Shown in pieces: positions 7,338 through 14,149 of a DNA stretch of 35,617 nucleotides (within the stretch, counting starts at the first letter, position 1; every line of letters begins with the position of its first letter). The notes under the pieces are model-generated. The model did not search any database and was not told the origin of the DNA. It worked only from the letters and a program-made list of their open reading frames with translations. The DNA comes from a virus (lineage: Duplodnaviria; Caudoviricetes), in the IMG/VR virus record IMGVR_UViG_3300044723_002159, positions 1 through 35,617 of that record. One strand, given 5' to 3'. The position numbers were made by a program, and so were the translations under genes.

Positions 7338-7499
7338 ATGACAGATATAGAAAAGGCAGTAAATCTATTGCAAGAAGTATCAACTAATCTTTATAATTTA
7401 GAGTTAAGTAGAACTTATGAGTTAGGAAGTTTTGCTAAAGAGTATGTTATTGAGATTAGAAAAAGTATTGATGATGTATTACAAACACTTGATTATTAA
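7338..7499 (+). CDS. hypothetical early protein
   Basis: Track ORF 7311..7499; ATG 7338 follows AGAAAGG. Confidence 0.7.
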   Translation: MTDIEKAVNLLQEVSTNLYNLELSRTYELGSFAKEYVIEIRKSIDDVLQTLDY

Positions 7500-7501
7500 T
7501 T

Positions 7502-7570
7502 TGTAAATAACTGTTGCATATATACAGTATCTTTATATAATTACAGTATGTATTTAACAATTAGAAAGGT
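7502..7570 (+). promoter_or_regulatory. early promoter/RBS cassette
   Basis: TTGCAT (7514-7519), 16-nt spacer, TATAAT (7536-7541); same CAATTAGAAAGGT as the previous cassette. Confidence 0.6.
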
Positions 7571-7578
7571 TAGTTAAA

Positions 7579-8031
7579 ATGAACTATAAAATTATTGCTA
7601 GGTTAGTTAGTAATTGGGAATTTGTAATTGGTGTCAGAAATTATTATGAAGTAATTTCAGAAACTGGTGCAAATTCAGATTTAGCAAAATCGTATCTTAA
7701 AAAAATTAACAGGCGTGTTGGTTTGATTTTAGATATTGATGATACTAAATCTATTCGCAAAGAAATATCGTATGCTAGAGATTTAATTAAGTCTTATGAT
7801 TTTAAAAGAATTGCTAGTAAAAGAAATAAGATACGCAATATGCTTAATCACAAGTTAGCTAGTTATCCACGTAGCACTAAAGATGATGTCTACGTTAGAG
7901 ATTATCAAGCAGAACAAGATGAACTAGGTTACAGACTTGGTCATTGTGGTGGCTATGACTGTATGCATTTTGAAAGTATGCCAGTTGGTCAGATATGGAA
8001 AAAAGTTAATCAAGAAAGAAAGGTTGGTTAG
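7579..8031 (+). CDS. hypothetical early protein
   Basis: Track ORF with AGAAAGG RBS. Confidence 0.75.
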   Translation: MNYKIIARLVSNWEFVIGVRNYYEVISETGANSDLAKSYLKKINRRVGLILDIDDTKSIRKEISYARDLIKSYDFKRIASKRNKIRNMLNHKLASYPRSTKDDVYVRDYQAEQDELGYRLGHCGGYDCMHFESMPVGQIWKKVNQERKVG

Positions 8032-8033
8032 AA

Positions 8034-8369
8034 ATGACTAAAGCAATAGATAGAGAAGTACAAGCTAGAAACAACAGAGTTATGCGTAACAAGTTGTATG
8101 GAAAGACAGTTGATGTTGGGGCTTGGAAAGCTAATCAAGAAAGTTGGAAAGAAAATCTTGAACGTTACAGAAAAGAAAGAAAGGAACTTAACAACAACGC
8201 AGAAGTTGACAGTAACACTAAAAGATTTAATCCAGTTGATGTAAATAAAATGCAGTTGATTAGTAACAACATTGACATATGTTTATTGAACATTGATATA
8301 TGTACAATGCAAATCAAGATTGCAGAACTACAACAACATAACACTAAGTTGAAAACAAATCTTATGTAA
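8034..8369 (+). CDS. hypothetical early protein
   Basis: Track ORF with AGAAAGG RBS; followed by a terminator. Confidence 0.65.
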   Translation: MTKAIDREVQARNNRVMRNKLYGKTVDVGAWKANQESWKENLERYRKERKELNNNAEVDSNTKRFNPVDVNKMQLISNNIDICLLNIDICTMQIKIAELQQHNTKLKTNLM

Positions 8370-8391
8370 CATCTAATCAACTAACCGAAGG

Positions 8392-8427
8392 AAAGCCACT
8401 GTTTAATCGCAGTGGTTTTTCTTTTTC
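8392..8427 (+). terminator. intrinsic terminator
   Basis: AAAGCCACTG/CAGTGGTTTT stem with a U-rich tail; outer CGAAGGA/TCCTTCG pairing also possible. Confidence 0.8.
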
Positions 8428-8520
8428 TCCTTCGTTTGATTATCCTTCACAGATTTAATTGAGTTGCCTTCGATAAGAACTAATTTAACTATATATCTCC
8501 AGTATTAAAACAAAAGGGGT

Positions 8521-8567
8521 ACACAACATCTAGTATGCTTACAAAACACACACACAACATATAGTAT
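8521..8567. promoter_or_regulatory. tandem NrdR-box-like operators
   Basis: ACACAACATCTAGTAT (8521-8536) and ACACAACATATAGTAT (8552-8567), 31 bp start to start. Confidence 0.7.
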
Positions 8568-8694
8568 GTGCTACATAATGCATTAGGTCTATGTCGCAAA
8601 ACACAGAAATTATGTGGGCTTTCACATAGGGGGGTTAAATGTGGGGGCGGCTTTATATATGTGTATACCCTCTAAAAATATGCTGTTAAGTATG

Positions 8695-8725
8695 GTACTA
8701 AATGTAGTGGTACTATATATAGTGG
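8695..8725. promoter_or_regulatory. two abutting NrdR-box-like sites
   Basis: GTACTAAATGTAGTGG (8695-8710) and GTACTATATATAGTGG (8710-8725). Confidence 0.5.
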
Positions 8726-8806
8726 TGTACCATAATAGCTAGTAAAGTGTGTTTTTTTTATGTTAGTGTTCTTTTTAAGTTAGTGTTAGTCAAGTAAAGT
8801 AAACAT

Positions 8807-8985
8807 AGAGAGTACAGCTAACCCTGTGCCACTCCCATCCCAACCGAGTGCTATTCTGTTTAGTAGCTAATAATTCAATGTGGAATAATGGGCTTTGACC
8901 CCAGTTACCATGGTCCTGCTAGTCCACTTTATTGATGTTTTTATCAAGAATTCTTTTCTAAAAGCAGGAAGAACTCTCTGATTGT
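8807..8985 (-). ncRNA. candidate ~180-nt structured ncRNA
   Basis: Own extended -10 (TG-A-TACAGT), AGAGAGT/ACTCTCT closing stem, several internal stems, raised GC, no ORF in the track. Confidence 0.55.
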
Positions 8986-8991
8986 TTGTTA

Positions 8992-9051
8992 ACTGTATCA
9001 CATAAATTATTTAATTACAAGTTTCACTAACTAGCAATTATGTGATATAGT
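8992..9051. promoter_or_regulatory. back-to-back divergent extended -10 promoters
   Basis: TTATGTGATACAGT (minus, 8992-9005) and TTATGTGATATAGT (plus, 9038-9051), 13 of 14 identical. Confidence 0.65.
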
Positions 9052-9056
9052 GATAT

Positions 9057-9138
9057 TGGGTTTTATGATTTCTTTATTCATTAGCCCTCCTTTCTGATTG
9101 ACAGCAACATCCCTCTAGCAATAGAGGGTTTGCTGTTT
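9057..9138 (+). ncRNA. candidate ~80-nt sRNA with an anti-Shine-Dalgarno tract
   Basis: Promoter at 9041-9051; CCTCCTTTCT at 9086-9095; GCAA-tetraloop hairpin at 9101-9136. Confidence 0.6.
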
Positions 9139-9201
9139 AGACAACACTTAAATACAAAAAAAATTTTTTCACACAGCTAGTTATGGGGGGGAACAGCTAT
9201 A

Positions 9202-9425
9202 CTACACATACCTAAGAAAGTCTTAGGTATTGTGTAGGGATACACAAATAGAAAAGAAAGAATGCTTAATCATATAAGACTTTGTAGTCAGGTGATTTGT
9301 GTAATTTCATTTTCTTTCATAAAGTAGTGTGGGTGCGAGGACCTTTAATTGAGGAAACCACTGCCCACAATACTTAGAACAGTTTGGACAACTGTACGTG
9401 CAGAACCCTGCTTCGGCAGGGTTTT
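9202..9425 (+). ncRNA. candidate multi-hairpin ncRNA
   Basis: Hairpins at 9202-9237, 9241-9303, 9322-9375, 9379-9395 and 9404-9423; TATACT at 9198-9203. Confidence 0.55.
9404..9425 (+). terminator. UUCG-tetraloop terminator-like hairpin
   Basis: AACCCTGC-TTCG-GCAGGGTT followed by TT. Confidence 0.7.
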
Positions 9426-9426
9426 G

Positions 9427-9435
9427 TGGTATAGT
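9427..9435 (+). promoter_or_regulatory. extended -10 promoter of the morphogenesis operon
   Basis: TG-G-TATAGT, followed by an AGGAG RBS and ATG 9463. Confidence 0.6.
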
Positions 9436-9462
9436 AATTAATAAGCAACAACAGGAGTTATT

Positions 9463-9537
9463 ATGCCAATAAGCAAATATGGTAAAAAGAAATCTTACGC
9501 CAAAAAGGGTGGTAAGAAAAAATCTAAGAAGATGTAA
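9463..9537 (+). CDS. 24-aa Lys-rich microprotein (MPISKYGKKKSYAKKGGKKKSKKM)
   Basis: Read by hand; AGGAG RBS; TAATG coupling. Confidence 0.7.
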   Translation: MPISKYGKKKSYAKKGGKKKSKKM

Positions 9538-9617
9538 TGGCAGAGTATCAAGGTAAGTCAGTTAAGTTAGATAGTCCTTCTAGGATTAGCAAAGGCGAAC
9601 CTGGGAATGAATTATGA
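9537..9617 (+). pseudogene. 26-aa apparently truncated gene (MAEYQGKSVKLDSPSRISKGEPGNEL)
   Basis: Resembles the N-terminus of a longer basic phage protein family as I recall it (usually ending ...RARH.C...YWSC..W), but stops shortly after KGEPG. Confidence 0.5.
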
Positions 9618-9766
9618 GTTTATACGAAAATATTAATAAAAGGAAAAAAGCAGGAACAAGTAGGTCAAAGAAAAATTCTACTATTAGTGCTAAAGCATAT
9701 AGAGAAATGCAAAAAGGTTTTCCTAATAGCAAAAAAAATAAAGCTAAACGTAAAAAGAAAAAATAG
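9614..9766 (+). CDS. 50-aa basic protein (MSLYENINKRKKAGTSRSKKNSTISAKAYREMQKGFPNSKKNKAKRKKKK)
   Basis: Read by hand; ATGA overlap; resembles small basic proteins seen upstream of terminases in marine phages. Confidence 0.75.
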   Translation: MSLYENINKRKKAGTSRSKKNSTISAKAYREMQKGFPNSKKNKAKRKKKK

Positions 9767-9768
9767 TT

Positions 9769-9864
9769 TTGATAGATATACCATGTCCTAAGTGTGGGGT
9801 GGTATTAAAACCAAAGGATGAAATGAAGTGCAAAAACAAAGAGTGTAATGGCTACAACAGATAA
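9769..9864 (+). CDS. 31-aa Zn-ribbon microprotein (MIDIPCPKCGVVLKPKDEMKCKNKECNGYNR)
   Basis: Read by hand; TTG start; CPKC...CxxxxC. Confidence 0.5.
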   Translation: MIDIPCPKCGVVLKPKDEMKCKNKECNGYNR

Positions 9865-11776
9865 AAAACTTTGTTACGCAGCAGGTTGTCATAGACCACT
9901 TCCACCTAAAGCAAAAAAATACTGTAGTAAACGTTGTTACAACAGAATTAATATGCAGAAAAAACGTGCTAGAAAAGCAGGTAAAGAGTGGTCACAAGAA
10001 GATGATGTACTTGAAATACCTAGTAAAAAAACTAATGTACAGTCACGTAGAGGTCAAGTCTATAACGACATTGTAGAATCAGGTTTAGCTGCAGATATAT
10101 ACACAGAAAAAATTACAATAACAGAAGTAGCAGAAGTATTAGGCACAACACAAGGTGCAGTATCTATGGCGTACTCTGCATATGTAGAAGATTTAAAAAC
10201 AAAAGCAGAACAAGATGAGTGGTCATTACCACAAGTAGCAGAAAAAACATTAGTAGATTTTGATGATTTTAGACAAAGATATTTTCAGACAGAACAAGGT
10301 ATAGCATACGAAACACCTGAATTTCATAAACAGTGGATAGAACAAATTATGGATGCTATAGACAATGGTGGACAGCACATGATATTGTCACCACCTAGAC
10401 ATGGCAAAACAGATTTGTTAATACATTTTGCTGTGTGGCTTATTTGTAAAAATCCTAACATACGTATCTTGTGGGTTGGTGGTAACGAAGAGATTGCAAA
10501 AAATGCAATAGGTTCTGTACTTGACCAACTAGAAAGTAACGAATTACTTATAGAAGAGATATGTGGACCTGGTGCAAAATTTAAACCTACATCACGTACA
10601 GGTAAGTCTTGGTCACAAAATGGTTTTACTGTAGGCACTAGAACAGTTACAGGTATTAAGTCACCGACAATGGTTGGCATTGGTCGTGGTGGTAAGATAC
10701 TTTCTCGTGACTGTGACATAATTATTGCTGATGACATTGAGGACCACAACTCTACTATGCAACCATCATCAAGAGAAAATACAAGAAGTTGGTGGACAAC
10801 AACATTGTCTAGTCGTAAAGAGGAACACACAGCTATGGTAGTTATTGGTTCTAGGCAACATTATGATGATTTATATTCACACCTACTAGATAACGAATCT
10901 TGGACTACAACAGTAGAAGAAGCACACGATACAGCTTGTAACTTACCTGATTGGAACGAAGATGAACATGTAGATTGTATGTTGTGGTCAGGTAAACGTA
11001 CATACAAATGGTTGATGGATAGAAAACGTGCAGCAGAGACTACAGGTGGTAGAGCTATATACGAAATGGTTTATCTAAACGTTGCTATGCCTGATGGACT
11101 TGCATTGTTTGATAGAGTAGAGATAGAAACTTGTCGTGACCAAAAACGTGACATAGGACATATACCACATGGCACAAGACTTATTGCAGGATTAGACCCT
11201 GCATCTACAGGTTATCAAGCAGCTTTCTTATGGGCATACGAACCTATAGAAAATAAATTACATATGGTAGATATGAATAACAATTTAGGTGGTGGTATTC
11301 CACAAGCATTAGATATTATTAAAGAATGGTGGATGAAGTATAACTTGTCACACTGGGTTATAGAAGAAAATGGTTTTCAAAAAGCAATACGACAAGATAA
11401 AAGTATTAGGGAGTTTGCATCAGGACATGGTATATTTTTAGAAGGACACGAAACATTTAAGAACAAGTTTGACCCTATGTATGGTGTTACAGCTATGCGA
11501 CCAATGTTTCAAGAACAAAATATTTCTTTGCCATATCTTAGCTTTGAGGCACAAGAGAAGGTAAACTTATATACAAGTCAGTTAGTGTATTTTAGTTCTG
11601 CTAAAAATAAAAGCAAGAGCGTAGGCACAAAGACTGATATAGTTATGGCTAGTTGGTTTCCAATGAGAGCCATAAGAAGAATGCAAAAGGAACGCTTTGC
11701 AGAGTTAGGGTACGATTATAATCCTAGCTTTGAGGGGTACGAACCTAGTAGTATGGATTTAGATAATTGGAGTTAA
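9848..11776 (+). CDS. terL: terminase large subunit with N-terminal Zn-finger and HTH extension
   Basis: Walker A PPRHGKT, Walker B IIIADD, VIGSRQH coupling region, nuclease GLDPA; directly before the portal. Confidence 0.92.
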   Translation: MATTDKKLCYAAGCHRPLPPKAKKYCSKRCYNRINMQKKRARKAGKEWSQEDDVLEIPSKKTNVQSRRGQVYNDIVESGLAADIYTEKITITEVAEVLGTTQGAVSMAYSAYVEDLKTKAEQDEWSLPQVAEKTLVDFDDFRQRYFQTEQGIAYETPEFHKQWIEQIMDAIDNGGQHMILSPPRHGKTDLLIHFAVWLICKNPNIRILWVGGNEEIAKNAIGSVLDQLESNELLIEEICGPGAKFKPTSRTGKSWSQNGFTVGTRTVTGIKSPTMVGIGRGGKILSRDCDIIIADDIEDHNSTMQPSSRENTRSWWTTTLSSRKEEHTAMVVIGSRQHYDDLYSHLLDNESWTTTVEEAHDTACNLPDWNEDEHVDCMLWSGKRTYKWLMDRKRAAETTGGRAIYEMVYLNVAMPDGLALFDRVEIETCRDQKRDIGHIPHGTRLIAGLDPASTGYQAAFLWAYEPIENKLHMVDMNNNLGGGIPQALDIIKEWWMKYNLSHWVIEENGFQKAIRQDKSIREFASGHGIFLEGHETFKNKFDPMYGVTAMRPMFQEQNISLPYLSFEAQEKVNLYTSQLVYFSSAKNKSKSVGTKTDIVMASWFPMRAIRRMQKERFAELGYDYNPSFEGYEPSSMDLDNWS

Positions 11777-13558
11777 ATGCCTTTAGATAGCGAAAAGTTA
11801 TACGAAAAAATAGATTACCTAAGAGTAATTAATCAAGAACAAATGATTGATAGGTCTAGGATTCGTGACATTATGAATGGTGGTGAAGCTGCAGTTAAAG
11901 CACTTCTTGGTAATTCAGTTAATGTAGAATATCACGAACTACCTGCACCTAATTTATTTTTAACAGCACTAGAAAGATTTGCACAAAAACTAGGTAGAAG
12001 TCCTGATTTAAAAGTTGATATTATAAACGAAAAAGATAGCGAGAGAGCTAGAAAAAAATCAGAAAAGATAGAACGTATTGTTACATCATATGACAAGTTT
12101 CAAAAATTACATATGCAGTTACCACAAGCTGCAAGATGGTTACCTGGTTATGGTTTTATTGCATGGACTATAGGACATAAAAGAGATAAAGATGGTAACC
12201 CATATCCTTATGCTGAACTACAAGACCCATTTAGTTGTTATCCAGGAATATTTGGTAACGACCAACAACCTAAAGAATTAGCAATAATTCGTAGAGTGCC
12301 ACATACAATATTGGCAGAACAATATCCTGAAGCTAAACAGTACATATTTCAAAAAGAAGAAAACGATAATGGATTTCAAAATCCATACTCTGCACTTATG
12401 GATAGTACAGATAGAGCAGGTGGATGGGCTAACTCAACAGGACATGGAAAAGTTGTAGTTGAGTATAGAAATATAGAAGGAACTTATGTATTTCTACCTG
12501 AAAACAAAAAGATAATAGATTTTATGCCAAATGTATTAAATTCAGGACCTTGTTTTGTTGTAGCTAAAAGATATGCGTTTGACCAAATGCAATCACAGTT
12601 TCAACACATTACAGGTCTTATGGCAAACATGGCAAAAATTAACATACTTGGAACTATTGCTATGGAAGATGCAGTCTTTACAGAAACAAACATTGTTGGA
12701 GAGATAGAGTCAGGAAAATATAGAAAAGGCAGATTTGCTGTTAACTATTTAACACCTGGTTCGCAAGTGTCTAAGCCAGTCAATAATCTACCATACCAAT
12801 TATTTCAACAAGTAGATAGACTTGAAAGACACCTGCGACTTGGTGCAGCTTATCCAGTATCGGATGATGGACAATCCCCTAATGCATTTGTTACTGGTAG
12901 AGGATTAGAAGAACTAGGACAATCTGCATCACTGCATGTAAGAGAATATCAAACAGTTCTTAAAGAAGCATTACAAGAGATAGATGCTAAAAGATTAGAA
13001 TATGATGAGGTTATGTTTCCTAATAAACGTAAACCTATTGCAGGTAGACATAAAGGAACATCTTACAAAGAATCTTATACACCATCATCTGACATATCAG
13101 AAGTTTATGAAACAAGAAGAGTATATGGCGTAATGGCAGGTTTTGATGAACCACAAAAAATTATTACAGGGTTGCAATTAAAACAACAAGGCATTATTGA
13201 TACACAGACATTACAAGAAAACATGGATGGATTAGACAACATAACAAAAATACAACAACGCATAAATGCAGAAAAAGCAGAGTTAGTATTGTTTGAAACA
13301 CTTATGTCACAAGCTGCACAAGGTGACCAAAAAGCATTAATGTCAGCTATAGAGATAAGAAAAAATCCACAAAAGATGTCAGAGATATTAGATAAGTTTT
13401 ATACAGCAGAAGGTGAAGAACCTAGCGAAGAAGAGTTAGCATTACTTGGTCAAGGTGGACCACAGATACCTGCAGGTCCAGGTGGTGGATTGCCAGGTAT
13501 AGAACAAGTGTTAGGTGCATTAGGTCAAGGACCACCACAAGGAGGACCAGTTGCCTGA
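11777..13558 (+). CDS. portal protein (podovirus head-tail connector)
   Basis: 593 aa, follows TerL, helical, with a Gly/Pro/Gln-rich C-terminus. Confidence 0.8.
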   Translation: MPLDSEKLYEKIDYLRVINQEQMIDRSRIRDIMNGGEAAVKALLGNSVNVEYHELPAPNLFLTALERFAQKLGRSPDLKVDIINEKDSERARKKSEKIERIVTSYDKFQKLHMQLPQAARWLPGYGFIAWTIGHKRDKDGNPYPYAELQDPFSCYPGIFGNDQQPKELAIIRRVPHTILAEQYPEAKQYIFQKEENDNGFQNPYSALMDSTDRAGGWANSTGHGKVVVEYRNIEGTYVFLPENKKIIDFMPNVLNSGPCFVVAKRYAFDQMQSQFQHITGLMANMAKINILGTIAMEDAVFTETNIVGEIESGKYRKGRFAVNYLTPGSQVSKPVNNLPYQLFQQVDRLERHLRLGAAYPVSDDGQSPNAFVTGRGLEELGQSASLHVREYQTVLKEALQEIDAKRLEYDEVMFPNKRKPIAGRHKGTSYKESYTPSSDISEVYETRRVYGVMAGFDEPQKIITGLQLKQQGIIDTQTLQENMDGLDNITKIQQRINAEKAELVLFETLMSQAAQGDQKALMSAIEIRKNPQKMSEILDKFYTAEGEEPSEEELALLGQGGPQIPAGPGGGLPGIEQVLGALGQGPPQGGPVA

Positions 13559-13757
13559 TATAAATAAAACTTTTTTTGACATGATTAATCAAGAAGATTG
13601 GTCTGAAGATGTATACACAGGCACAGAAGAAGAAGGAAGTATTGTTATGAAAAACTTTATTACAATACCTACACCACATCCACATTTTTTTATAAATCTT
13701 ACATTTGAGTACGAATATAATCCAAAGTTAGGAGATGATTTATTTGGCGAAATATAA
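13551..13757 (+). CDS. hypothetical protein
   Basis: TTG start after GGAGG; overlaps both neighbours. Confidence 0.55.
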   Translation: MPDINKTFFDMINQEDWSEDVYTGTEEEGSIVMKNFITIPTPHPHFFINLTFEYEYNPKLGDDLFGEI

Positions 13758-14148
13758 CAGAGGTAGAAAAAGTAAGGAGTTACAAGAAGCAACTGACTTA
13801 ACACAAGGTGGTGCATTTGCTGACATTGTTGCACCTCCAAGAAAAGAAGGCGACCCAACAGGACAAACAACAATGTTAGAAGAACAAGCAGGTGCTATAA
13901 GTCCTATGCAAGAAGGTGGTGGACCACAAATGGCAAGACCACCTATGCCTGTATCACCTATGAATTTAGCTGCACCAACTAACAAAGTAGCAGAACCTAT
14001 TACTGCAGGAATACCACTAGGTTTAGGAGATAATGGTCCTACACCTATACAAACAGATACTATTAGAAATTTTTTAATTGCAGGTAAACGTAATTTTCCT
14101 GACCCAATATGGGATGAGTTATTAGAAGCTGATATAGACATAGGTTAA
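13744..14148 (+). CDS. Pro/Gly-rich hypothetical virion-associated protein
   Basis: Track ORF 13735..14148; TTG 13744 fits the upstream AGGAG better than ATG 13735. Confidence 0.65.
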   Translation: MAKYNRGRKSKELQEATDLTQGGAFADIVAPPRKEGDPTGQTTMLEEQAGAISPMQEGGGPQMARPPMPVSPMNLAAPTNKVAEPITAGIPLGLGDNGPTPIQTDTIRNFLIAGKRNFPDPIWDELLEADIDIG

Positions 14149-14149
14149 A

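Noticed and set aside
8268-8309. Imperfect 21-bp tandem repeat (NIDIC twice) containing TTGACA
   Set aside because: Only two copies inside an ORF and no properly spaced -10; probably a local duplication.
11542-11552. 11-nt identity (CTTTGAGGCAC) between the H2 loop and terL
   Set aside because: Same sense as the mRNA rather than antisense, and an 11-mer match is expected by chance in a window this size.
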